This document shows positions 40,495 through 49,915 of a stretch of DNA of 64,000 bases, in pieces. The notes beneath the pieces were generated by a model that saw only the letters and a program-made list of their open reading frames with translations, was not told where the DNA came from and did no database searches. Position 1 is the first letter of the stretch. Each line of letters starts with the position of its first letter. Made by a program: the position numbers and the translations under genes. Source of the stretch: an uncultured archaeon (GTDB lineage: Archaea; Thermoproteota; Nitrososphaeria; Nitrososphaerales; Gagatemarchaeaceae); NCBI GenBank assembly GCA_963799775.1, contig CAWCYD010000003.1, forward strand, positions 800,001 to 864,000, read 5' to 3'.

Positions 40495-41825
40495 ATACGA
40501 GCGAGAAAACCCACGTGCTTCAGCCGTGGGATGAAAGCGAGCGTGGGGGCTTAAATATGGTAAGACGACAGTATGATGTGCCCGTAGCTCTCCGCTTCCG
40601 ACTCTATCCGACGGGCAAGGAGGAGAGGAAGATGCTTTGCACCCTCGAAGCGACGAGACATCTCTGGAACGATGCGCTCGCGCACAGAAAGGCGAGATGG
40701 GAATCAAACAAGAGATCGACGTCATACAACATGCAGGCGGCAGTACTCACATCGGAACGCAAGGAAATCGCAGAGCTAGGTGGCCTGCACTCCCAGGTCG
40801 GTCAGGACGTCCTGAGGAGGCTCGACAAGGCCTTCAGATCGTTCTTCGCGCAGCGCGCTGGCTATCCGAGGTTCAAGAAGCGCTCGACTGCTGGCTCCTT
40901 CACGTATCCCCAGGCCTACAACCGGTCAGCGAAGCCCGATGTTCCGAGACGGAGGCTCTATCTCTCAAAGATCGGCAACATCAGGACCGTCTTTCACCGG
41001 CCGCTCCCGAAGGACGCGCTCCTGAAGACGTGCACCGTGGTGAGGGAGCCAGACGGCAAGTGGTTTGCATCGCTCGTCTTCGAGGACATCCTGCCGTTGC
41101 AGAACATCATGACGAGATTCGTCTCGCCGGTCGGCATCGACCTCGGCCTAAAGTCGCTGATAGTCACGAGCGACGGCACGGAGGTAGAGCACCCACGATT
41201 TCTCAGAAGAGCGGAGAAGAGACTCAAACACCTTCAGCGAGCATTCTCTCGCAAGAAGAAGGGCTCGAAGAACAGGTTCAAGGCCAGAAAGAGGGTCGCG
41301 GCGCAGCACGCCAAGGTCAGGAGGCAGCGTACGGACTTGAACCACAAGCTCTCGACGGCGCTCGTGAGACGGCACGACCTCCTCGCCTTCGAGGACCATT
41401 CGCATCAGGAACCTGGTGCGGAACCACAAGCTGGCAAAGTCCATCCATGACGCTGGATGGGGTCAGCTCGTGAGGCTCGCGGAGTACAAGGCGCTCTCAA
41501 AGGGGAAGCGCGTAGTCAGAGTCGATTCCGCGTACTCGACCCAGGAGTGCTTCCATTGCGGCGCGCTCAACAAGATCGATCTCGACGTACGAGAGTTCGA
41601 CTGCATCGGTTGTCGTCGCCATCTCAGACGCGACCACAACGCGTCGTGCATCGTGCTGAAGCGAGGACTCGCAATGGTAGGGCAGGGCATGCCCGAACTC
41701 AAGCCTGTGGAGATGGAACCTCTACTCGTCCAGACAACTGGGCGAGCAAGCTCTATCTGTGAAGCAGGAACTACACGCCCGCAAGGGCTGGAATCCCACG
41801 GCCAAATGCCGTGGGAGGATGTCAC
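40495..41825 (+). mobile_element. IS200/IS605 (IS1341-type, tnpB-only) element
   Basis: Preceded by TCAC; left hairpin CCCACG..CGTGGG 40510-40530; right hairpin TCCCACGGC..GCCGTGGGA 41794-41816; ends GGATGTCAC. Confidence 0.85.
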
Positions 41826-41847
41826 CTCTTGTTTACCTGAGAAGTGA
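40578..41847 (+). CDS. tnpB: TnpB, classical IS605 OrfB type (frameshift ~41400)
   Basis: FRLYPT, GYPRFKK, GIDLGL, AFED, DAGWGQL, STQECFHCG and RDHNAS. Confidence 0.92.
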
Positions 41848-42449
41848 CGGCGTGCGCTTCCTCGGCGGAGAGCAGGGCCTTTCCCCTGAGTATCTTCACG
41901 AGCTCTAGGATGTCGGTCATCGCGTGCAGCTTGACGCCCTGCTTCTTCATCGCCGAAGAGCCTCCCTCCAGCCTGTCGATCACTACAGAGGCGCTCTCGA
42001 CGTCGCACCCCTCCGCCCTTATCGCATCTATCGCGGCGAGGATGGAGCCCCCGGTGGTCACGACGTCGTCTATTACGATGGACCTTCCATCCAGGCCTCG
42101 TCACCCCTTCCACGAGCTTGCCCTTCCCGTGGTCCTTCTCGTCCTTTCGCACGTAGATCATCGGCTTCTCGAGCGTGAGCGCTATCGGAGAGGAGAGCGT
42201 CAGGCCCACGGTCGGGATGCCCGCGATCGCGTCGTAGCTCGTCTCCTTGAACTCGTGCTTCAGGAACTCGGCGTACGCGCTCGTGAGCGTCTTGTACGCG
42301 CCAGGATAGCTTGGGATCGTCCGCAGGTCGATGTAATACGAGCTTATCCTGCCGCTGGAGAGCGTGAAGGTCCCGAACTGGATGGCCTTGACCTTGACGA
42401 GGACCATGGCCAGCTCCTCCAAGAGCTCCTTTCTGCGCTTCCACGCCAT
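41822..42449 (-). CDS. pyrE: Orotate phosphoribosyltransferase (frameshift ~42085)
   Basis: FGTFTLSSG..SSYYIDLR, RK..KDHG and DDVVTTGGS (shifted frame). Confidence 0.93.
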
Positions 42450-42555
42450 GGGACGAGGTCTCCGGAGGCGATACTAAAAGTTGCTATCGGCGGGCGCAGA
42501 ATTGGGACAACCTTGATAGACGAGGGGCTGATGGGTCTCGCGACCGAAGACCTCC

Positions 42556-43656
42556 ATGGAAATCTGGGTCCCCTACGGCGACGTCGAGTCACTTGTCACC
42601 CTCATGCAGGAGAACCTCGCCGAGACTTTCGACCCAAAGCCCGAGTCCCACCTTGACGAGATAGTCGTCCCGCTCTCGGAGAAGATGAAGACCGCTGAGT
42701 GCGTGCTCATCTGCGACGACAAGCCCGCCACGCTGAAGGTGGTGAAGGCGCTGCTCGCGAAGGTCCCGAGGGACGGGAAGAGGTTCCTCGCGCCCAACCC
42801 GCGGAAGGTTGAGGCGGCGGTCCCGGAACTCAAGGATGGTGTGGAGAGGCTCCGAGCGCCCGGAGAGCCCGCGTCTGAGGACGGCGAGGGTGGGAAGCTC
42901 TCGCCTGACGTCTCCGGGACGGCAAGGAAGCTGGCGATATCTACCGGCGAGCCCGATCCGTTGCTGGGGTTCATCGATGCACCTGTCTCCCTCGCGCTCG
43001 CGTGCATAGACGGCGCGAGGAGGACCGCATACAGGAGGCGAGACGGAGACGGCCCGCAGCCTCTGCGGGAGGACTCCCCGAGCCACGCGGCTGTCCGTGA
43101 AAAGGCCGAGGCGGTCCAGGGGGCCGATTACGCCACGATAATCACCCGCGGAGGAGAGCCTTACTCCATCATCGAGGGCGACGCGCTGAAACAGGCGCGG
43201 GCCCACTACATGGTGGCGGAGGCTCCGCAGGCCAAGGGCATCATAGTCGGCGCCGGGGGAAAGGGGTACGACGACACGCTCTCACACGCGATCAGGCTCT
43301 CTCTGGACGCGTTGAAGGGCGTGAGGAAGGGAGGGGAGATCGTGATCGTGGCGGAGTGCAGAGAAGGCATAGGCTCCGAGGCGCTGCAGACGTACTTGAT
43401 GGGTAGGATGACAGAGAGCTTCCTGAAGAAGGGCGCCTACGTCGAGGGGCTAGAGGAGATCTCCTACGTCACCGAGCTCAGCGACAAGTACTCCGTCACT
43501 CTCATCTCTTCGCTGCCAGAGCTTTACGCGGGAGGGAGGCTGAAGTTCAGGACGGCCCGCGGGTCCGTCGAGGCCCTGGGCAAGGTCTTCTCCTCGATAG
43601 GCCGCGGGGCCAAGCTCAACGTCGTAACGCGCGCCTGTGAGACCGTGCTCCCCTAG
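42556..43656 (+). CDS. LarA/lactate-racemase-like domain protein (degenerate)
   Basis: EIWVPYG start, GAGGKGYD..L, VRKGGEIVIVAECREGIGS. Confidence 0.7.
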   Translation: MEIWVPYGDVESLVTLMQENLAETFDPKPESHLDEIVVPLSEKMKTAECVLICDDKPATLKVVKALLAKVPRDGKRFLAPNPRKVEAAVPELKDGVERLRAPGEPASEDGEGGKLSPDVSGTARKLAISTGEPDPLLGFIDAPVSLALACIDGARRTAYRRRDGDGPQPLREDSPSHAAVREKAEAVQGADYATIITRGGEPYSIIEGDALKQARAHYMVAEAPQAKGIIVGAGGKGYDDTLSHAIRLSLDALKGVRKGGEIVIVAECREGIGSEALQTYLMGRMTESFLKKGAYVEGLEEISYVTELSDKYSVTLISSLPELYAGGRLKFRTARGSVEALGKVFSSIGRGAKLNVVTRACETVLP

Positions 43657-44834
43657 AGGGGGAAGGTGGCGAAGCTCTGCGGCACCGGGACGCAGAGCAG
43701 GCCGATGACCACGACGAGGACGAAGGCGAGCCTCCTCGAAGCTGAGAGCCCCGTGATCGAGTCGAGCGTCTCGCCCTGGACCTGGAACGCCGCCATCAGG
43801 AAGACGAGGAGGAAGACGACCCAGTAGTTCGGGAGGTCCGTGAGCAGCAACAGGATGCCGGCGACCCAAGTCGCTGACCTCCTGCCCCTCTCCCCCATGG
43901 CGAGCCTCGCCATCCTCCCTCCGTCGAAGAGCCCGGCCGGCATGAGGTTGAAGAACGCGAGAAGGAGCCCCAGCCAGGCCGCGATCTCGATCGGCGAGAA
44001 GATCAGCGTCCCGCCTGGAGGTATCTGCGGCATCATCCCCAGGCTCTGCGCGAGCGACAGTGTCCCCTGCTGGAGGATGCTGGGGTTAGTCTGGATCGTG
44101 GAGGTCTGGTTTGCGCTTATGAGGGCGCTGTACTGGGCCTGCGTCAGGACCGCGGACGTCCCTGCCGCGAGGAAGGAGACGACCACGGCGACGACGAGCA
44201 TCGCGATGGCTCCTATGAGATAGAAGTCGAAGAGCTTGTCCTTGTTGGCGGGCGCGGTCCCCGGGAAGCTCACCGAGCCGAAGGTCGGGAGGAAGTACAT
44301 CGTGGGGAGAGGGATGAAGATGGGGAGGTTCGGTATGTAATAGGAGAAGAAAGAGAAGTGCCCCTTCTCGGATGCGAGCCTCTGGGCAAAGTATCTCACG
44401 GCGAAGACCACCGCGAGCGCGACGACGAACCCGGTCGCCATCTCCAGCGTGGAGGCCCCCGGCGCCACCTGGGGGAAGATGAGCGCCACGACGTATCCCG
44501 TGACGAGCACGGAGAGGATGGCGAGGAGGAAGAGGAAGGTTGGCGTGCTGAGCGTGATCGCCGGCGGTCGCTTCACCGGCGCTGGGTTCTTTATCACGAC
44601 CAGGGTCGCGTTCTCCCTGTCGCCGTAGAGCTGGGCGGAGTAGTCCGGCTTCCTCAGCTCCTCGAGGAGCTTCAGGAAGTTCTGGCCTGACTTTGCATCG
44701 TAGACGACCTTGTACTCCGCGGCCCCCTCCTCGGTCACGAAGTAGTCCTTGACGGAGAAGAGCGACCTCACAGCGGCGTCGACGTCCGTGTTGATCGACA
44801 AGTGCCTGCTGCGCGTCGCCCCTTGGAACCGCAT
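43653..44834 (-). CDS. M50 site-2 protease homologue lacking HExxH
   Basis: YYIP...PTFG, LFD, AAWLGL and FNLMPAGLFDGGR present; RYFAQ where HExxH is expected. Confidence 0.75.
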   Translation of the reverse strand: MRFQGATRSRHLSINTDVDAAVRSLFSVKDYFVTEEGAAEYKVVYDAKSGQNFLKLLEELRKPDYSAQLYGDRENATLVVIKNPAPVKRPPAITLSTPTFLFLLAILSVLVTGYVVALIFPQVAPGASTLEMATGFVVALAVVFAVRYFAQRLASEKGHFSFFSYYIPNLPIFIPLPTMYFLPTFGSVSFPGTAPANKDKLFDFYLIGAIAMLVVAVVVSFLAAGTSAVLTQAQYSALISANQTSTIQTNPSILQQGTLSLAQSLGMMPQIPPGGTLIFSPIEIAAWLGLLLAFFNLMPAGLFDGGRMARLAMGERGRRSATWVAGILLLLTDLPNYWVVFLLVFLMAAFQVQGETLDSITGLSASRRLAFVLVVVIGLLCVPVPQSFATFPL

Positions 44835-44908
44835 TAAAGGTTAGGGAAGTAGAAGTTCGGGAAGCGACCAACCTTATTTAGGACGGGGGCCGCGCGCGGA
44901 GAGGCGGA

Positions 44909-45415
44909 ATGCAAAAGTCGATCCTAGGGAGCACGGGGGATTATACTCTGAGATACGCCGAAGGCTCCGACGTCCCTAGCGTCATCAAGGTCAACGCAGA
45001 GACGCTACCCGAGCACTACTCGGAGTACTTCTACTACGAGGTCCTGAACGAGTTCCCTGAGACGTTCATCGTCGCGCAGCTGGGCAACGAGATAGTCAGC
45101 TACATCATGTGCAGGATAGAGTACGGGCTCTCCGTGATGAAGAGGTTCGGGCTTGCGAGGAAGGGGCACATCATCTCCATCGCCACGATGCCCCCGCACA
45201 GAGGGAAGGGCGTGGGGACGGCGCTTATCCAGAGGACGATGGAAGAGATGAAGAAAGGAGGGTGCAGGGAGGTGTTCCTGGAGGTCAGAGTCACGAACGA
45301 CGACGCCGTGAGGCTCTACGGTAAGCTGGGGTTCCAGGTGACCGGGACGATGCAGGGCTACTACAAGGACGGCGAGTCCGCCTACCTCATGGCGCAGCAG
45401 CTCGGTTCTACATAG
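44909..45415 (+). CDS. rimI: RimI/Ard1-family N-acetyltransferase
   Basis: LPEHY, GHIISIA, RGKGVG, LEVRVTN and YYKDGE.AYLM. Confidence 0.93.
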   Translation: MQKSILGSTGDYTLRYAEGSDVPSVIKVNAETLPEHYSEYFYYEVLNEFPETFIVAQLGNEIVSYIMCRIEYGLSVMKRFGLARKGHIISIATMPPHRGKGVGTALIQRTMEEMKKGGCREVFLEVRVTNDDAVRLYGKLGFQVTGTMQGYYKDGESAYLMAQQLGST

Positions 45416-45550
45416 TCTCCCTAGGGAGACGCAGCTTCGAGGCATCGACTCGGAGGATTAGCGGCTCCCCTTCGTGTTCCACGTTCCCCTTCATTGCTTC
45501 ACTTGCCTCGCCTTTCTTCCTCGAACGGTCGAACCTCAACCGCCCCCTCT
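45385..45550 (-). ncRNA. Putative omegaRNA of TnpB element C
   Basis: Same conserved scaffold blocks as elements A and B. Confidence 0.7.
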
Positions 45551-46685
45551 GGGAGATATTCATGACCGCGACCACATCACGGTCTTGCCATCTCCCGCAG
45601 ACACGACACCACAAGTGGCGATAGTGATCGCCATCGTCACGTCTTGCCGCTTGGAGTCTCTCCCCGCATCGCGGACAATCCATTGTAGTGCCGCTCGTTT
45701 CACTTCTGGAAAGAGTGAGGGTCGGAATCCCCGCCCACCCTGCCTTGTATTCAATCTGCGTTTTCAATTCTCCGAAAGGCCACGAATTCATTTCGGCCCT
45801 GTATCTTCTGCCTCGCGGGTTCCTCTTCGAGTAGAGTCCCCTGATTCCCCTAAGATCCTCGAAGACGATTGCCCCCCTTTCCTCTGTGGCTAATTCGACA
45901 ATCCTTCTTGAGATGAGGTGCAAGAACTGCTTCACCCGGTTAGCCCTGCGGCGGCCGTACTTTGAGCGAATTTGTTGTCCTATCCTGGCATCGTTTCGTC
46001 TGAAAGAGCGAACTATCGCCCGTGTGTTTTCCCCGATGTCGACGATGGGCCCCATCTCGAAGCGAAACACCTTCCTATGATTACCGACCGTCACGTTGCG
46101 AAGGTTTCGGTCGATTCCGATGCAATCGTTGACGTCTAGGGCGGGGATTTCACTGGTTTCTTTGGCAATCGTTATGCAAAGAGACTCGGGTGTCAAGGCG
46201 AACGAACGGATTTTCGTTGACGGGTCGGACAGCGCTGAAATTGTGTGGGGGCTCAAAGATATCGATTCAAATTTGTCGGAATCAACATGAAAGATGAGAG
46301 CCTGACCCTCGACCTTGAAGCCGAAGCACGAGACAAGCAGAGGTCTCTTGACATAAGGACTTGAGGTCGGGAAGCCTCTCCTGATTGACTTCTTTCGTGA
46401 GGCCAGGATTCCGGCTGCCATTGATGAAGCGCAAGAGGCGTAACTGGCATATCCACCATACCGGCTCCGAATTTGTCTGTACGAAAGAGACGAGAGTTTT
46501 TTCATCGAAGGGGTCTGATTATCAGCAGATGTCTTTTCACATTCCAACCCGATCCGAATGCAGTCATTGACCATCTGCCGAAAGTCCTCCATGAGTCGAA
46601 GGCTTTCGGCGGTCGGTAGGAACCTCTGTTTGATTCCCTTTAGAACACGGGCCACAGGATTAAAATCGGCATTGCCCTATAAGCG
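45405..46685 (-). mobile_element. Transposase-less TnpB element C (Cas12f-like clade), inserted in the rimI 3' end
   Basis: Left motif GTGGG|CGCTTATAGG 30 bp before GTG; right end GTCTCCC-TA-GGGAGAC hairpin then AGAAC(C); removal restores a rimI stop overlapping the lig start. Confidence 0.8.
45408..46655 (-). CDS. tnpB: RNA-guided endonuclease TnpB
   Basis: RuvC GIDRN / IVFED / RDVVAVMNI; CPRC..CRVC. Confidence 0.92.
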   Translation of the reverse strand: MARVLKGIKQRFLPTAESLRLMEDFRQMVNDCIRIGLECEKTSADNQTPSMKKLSSLSYRQIRSRYGGYASYASCASSMAAGILASRKKSIRRGFPTSSPYVKRPLLVSCFGFKVEGQALIFHVDSDKFESISLSPHTISALSDPSTKIRSFALTPESLCITIAKETSEIPALDVNDCIGIDRNLRNVTVGNHRKVFRFEMGPIVDIGENTRAIVRSFRRNDARIGQQIRSKYGRRRANRVKQFLHLISRRIVELATEERGAIVFEDLRGIRGLYSKRNPRGRRYRAEMNSWPFGELKTQIEYKAGWAGIPTLTLSRSETSGTTMDCPRCGERLQAARRDDGDHYRHLWCRVCGRWQDRDVVAVMNISQRGRLRFDRSRKKGEASEAMKGNVEHEGEPLILRVDASKLRLPRETM

Positions 46686-46713
46686 CCCACACGCTCCGAG
46701 AATTGACGACCTT

Positions 46714-48402
46714 TTGAATTCGAGTACCCCGTTCCTCGAGCTCGCGGAGGCCCTCGAGAAGGTCAGGCTGACGAGGGGAAAGAACGACAAGGTCTCGACG
46801 CTGGCGGCGCTACTCGCGAAGCTCAAGGGCGAAGACGAGGTCGAGTTCACCGCCCGCTTCGCCGCCGGGAGGTCGACGCGAAAGGGGAGCGAGGACGAGA
46901 CCCAGGTGGGATACTCGACGCTGGTCGACGTGCTGCGGGAGACGACGGGGGTCACCGAGTCAGAGCTGGGCAAGAGCTACCTCAAGCACGGTGGCCTCAG
47001 CGAGACCTTCGCGGAGTTCATCGGGAGGAGGAAGGAGGCGACCCTCTTCGACGGCCAGGGGGCGGGCCTGAGCATTCTGGACGTGGCGTCGACGTTCGAG
47101 AGGATCACGGCCGCGCACGGGAAGGGGTCGAGCGGGCTGAAGAAGGAGCTGGTGAAGTCGCTCATCCTGAGGAGCCAGACGCCCCTGGAGGCGAAGTACA
47201 TCGTCAAGATCCTGAGCAAGGAGATGAGGATAGGGCTGGTCGAGGGACTGGTCGAAGAGGCCGTCGCCCAGGCCTTCGGCGGGGAGCTGGGGAGGGAGAA
47301 GGTGAAGGAGGCGTACCTCATGCTGGGGGACATCGGCCTCCTCGCCCGGGAGGCGAAGGGGGGCCGTCTCGCGGATGTCAGGATAGAGCCGATGCGCCCG
47401 ACCAACTTCATGCTCGCCGAGCCGATGGCCTCCCCCGAGGAGATCGCGGAGTACTTCAAGGAGAGCGAGCTCTACGCCGAGTACAAATACGACGGCGTGA
47501 GGGCACAGGTCCACAAGAAAGGGGGAGAGGTGAGGGTCTTCTCGAGGCGTCTCGAGGACATCACCTCCAGCTTCCCGGAGGTGGTCGAGGCCGTCAAGGC
47601 CTCGGTGCACGACCTGATACTCGACGGCGAGATAGTGGCGTTCGACGAGGAGAAGGGGCCGCTCTCGTTCCAACTCTTGCAGCGGAGGCTGAGGCGCGCG
47701 GACACGGGAGAGTCCATGCGCATCGCACCGGTGAGCTACTTTTGCTTCGACGTCCTCTACATCGACGGGAAGAGGGTCACGGACGAGCCGTTCCACAAGA
47801 GGCGCGCGATGCTCTGGAAGGTGCTGGAGGGGACGAGCATCAAGCGCGCGGACACCACGACCGTCAGGACGGCCGAGGAGATTGCCGACTACTTCAGACA
47901 GAGCAGGTCCCTCGGCTACGAGGGTCTGGTCCTCAAGGAGGCCTCGAGCCCCTACACGCCAGGGAGGCGGGGCAGGTACTGGGCGAAGCTCAAGGAGGAG
48001 CTGGACACCCTCGACGTGGTGATAGTCGCCGCCGAGTTCGGGCACGGGAAGAGGGCCGGGAAGATCAGCGACTACACCTTCGCTGTGAGGGACGGCGCCT
48101 CCCTCAAGGTCATCGGGAAGGCCTACTCGGGCCTCACCGACAAGGAGATCGACGAGATGATGGTCAGGATAAAGAGGCTCACGGAGGGGAAGGTGGACTA
48201 CAGGATGGCCGTGAGGCCCGAGCTGGTCCTGGAGGTCGCGTTCGACAGCATCCAGAAGAGCGACAGGCACGACAGCGGCTACGCGCTCAGGTTTCCGAGG
48301 ATAAAGCGGATCAGGGACGACAAGAGCGTCGCAGAGATAGACACGCTGGAGAGGGTCAGGGAGATCTACGAGGGTCAGAAGGTCAAGGCCGACGCCGCGT
48401 AG
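46714..48402 (+). CDS. lig: ATP-dependent DNA ligase
   Basis: EYKYDGVRAQ, LDGE, FDVLY, EGLVLK, W.KLK and LRFPRIKRIRDDK; probable TTG start at 46714. Confidence 0.95.
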   Translation: MNSSTPFLELAEALEKVRLTRGKNDKVSTLAALLAKLKGEDEVEFTARFAAGRSTRKGSEDETQVGYSTLVDVLRETTGVTESELGKSYLKHGGLSETFAEFIGRRKEATLFDGQGAGLSILDVASTFERITAAHGKGSSGLKKELVKSLILRSQTPLEAKYIVKILSKEMRIGLVEGLVEEAVAQAFGGELGREKVKEAYLMLGDIGLLAREAKGGRLADVRIEPMRPTNFMLAEPMASPEEIAEYFKESELYAEYKYDGVRAQVHKKGGEVRVFSRRLEDITSSFPEVVEAVKASVHDLILDGEIVAFDEEKGPLSFQLLQRRLRRADTGESMRIAPVSYFCFDVLYIDGKRVTDEPFHKRRAMLWKVLEGTSIKRADTTTVRTAEEIADYFRQSRSLGYEGLVLKEASSPYTPGRRGRYWAKLKEELDTLDVVIVAAEFGHGKRAGKISDYTFAVRDGASLKVIGKAYSGLTDKEIDEMMVRIKRLTEGKVDYRMAVRPELVLEVAFDSIQKSDRHDSGYALRFPRIKRIRDDKSVAEIDTLERVREIYEGQKVKADAA

Positions 48403-49915
48403 AAGGCCCTCAGCTCCTTCGCCAGGGCCTCGTAGTCGCTCACGCCGCGCCCCACCAAGCCGTCGAGGAACGCCGTCCTCCTCTCCAGCTCCGATGATAT
48501 CCTCTTCGAAGAGTGGCCGAACCCTTCCGCCCTCCTCCCCAAGCTCGCCGAGCCGTCTCTCTGGGCGGTCGCCCCATCGCGAGAGTAGACGCCCGCCCAG
48601 GTGAGGCCGGGGCCTTCCCCTATGGGCTCGATGACGCTCTGGACGAACCGGTGCCCTCCGTTCCCCCTCACCATGAACACGACCGCGTCGATGAGTCCAA
48701 GGGAGGCGTGCGATATCGAGAGCGGAGGCTGGGTCAACCTTGCCGTGAGCCCTTCCGCGTTCGAGGCGTGGAAGGTCGTCAGGCATCCCGTCCCCGTGGC
48801 CGCCGCCTGGAACAGGGCCTGCACCTCCTCTCCTCTGGACTCGCCCAGCACCACAAAGTCGGGCCTCTCCCGAAGGCTGAGCTTGACCAGGTCGAAGAGG
48901 GTGACGTCGACGCCGCTGGCCCGCCGCGTGTAGCGGGTGTGCAGGGGCTTCCATCCTCCCTGTGGGAGAGTGATCTCCCGGGTGTCCTCTATCGAGATGA
49001 CCTTCCAGTTTGGGTTGAGGACCGTCGCGAGTGCGTTCAGGAGAGTGGTCTTGCCAGAGGCCGTCACGCCGGCGAGCATCACGAAACCCTTCATCTCGAG
49101 GAGGAGCCAGAGGTAGGCCGTGACCGCGGCGTCGATGGTCCCCGAGCGGATGAGCTCAGAGACCGTGTACGGGGTGGCGCGGAGCTTCCTGATGCTGAAG
49201 GAGCTCCCGAGCGAGGTGACCTCCTTGCCCCACGTCGCGGCGAGGCGGTAGCCCTCAGGCAGGACGCAGTCCACCACGGGAGAGGATACCGAGAGCGACC
49301 TTCCGGAGCGCTGGACTAGCCGCGCGACTGCGCTGTTGAGCTGCTCCTGGTCGTGGAAGACGACGTTGCTCTCCAGCCAGCCCTGCGAGTTGTAGCGCTT
49401 GTGCCAGACCTTGACGGGCCTGCCCGGGCCTTCGCAGGAGACGTCCTCGAGCTCCGGGTCCCTCAGGAGAGGGTCGACGAGGGAGTAACCAAGGATCTCG
49501 CGCATGAGGTAGTGGGTCACGGCCTTCGCCTCCTCCTTCTGGTCGGCAGAGCTCCCGACCAGGTAACCCGCTCGCCTGAGCTCGGCCAGGAGATAGCCCA
49601 GGGGGTCGACTGAGATGACGGGCGAAGGGGCGAGCCAGGTAGAGAGGCAGTCGATGGCCTCGGCTACGGTCGACGACACCTCGGGCGTCAGGTAGGGCTC
49701 CTTGAGGAGGTAGAGGCCCTTGCCCCGGTCGTCATAGATGTAGACCGCGAAGCTCGACTTGTAGCGCGCGCCGGCCGGGGTCCGCAGCTCGTATTCCACC
49801 ATGTAGTTCTCGATGAGGCGGCCTCCGTGAGGCGGGTCGAAGGACTGTGCATCGAGCCCCTGGCTGTGGGCGAAGCCCAGCTCACGCCGGGGCCTGGCCA
49901 GACGGGCGAGCCCGC
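48375..49915 (-). CDS. Type IV pilus/archaellum-family assembly ATPase (VirB11/FlaI-like); start approximate
   Basis: LEDVSC.G, GVTASGKTT, SIEDTRE, LRERPD..VLGESRG and TTFHA. Confidence 0.92.

Noticed and set aside
20473-46655. TnpBs as nuclease-dead RNA-guided regulators (TldR-like) or CRISPR Cas12f effectors
   Set aside because: All three RuvC acidic residues are present in each complete copy, and no CRISPR array or cas1/cas2 is visible.
46960-48954. Long antisense or alternate-frame ORFs (e.g. 664 aa here, 429 aa at 51900-53189, 390 aa at 56921-58093)
   Set aside because: Shadow ORFs of high-GC3 genes; Arg/Gly/Pro-rich with no recognisable motifs.
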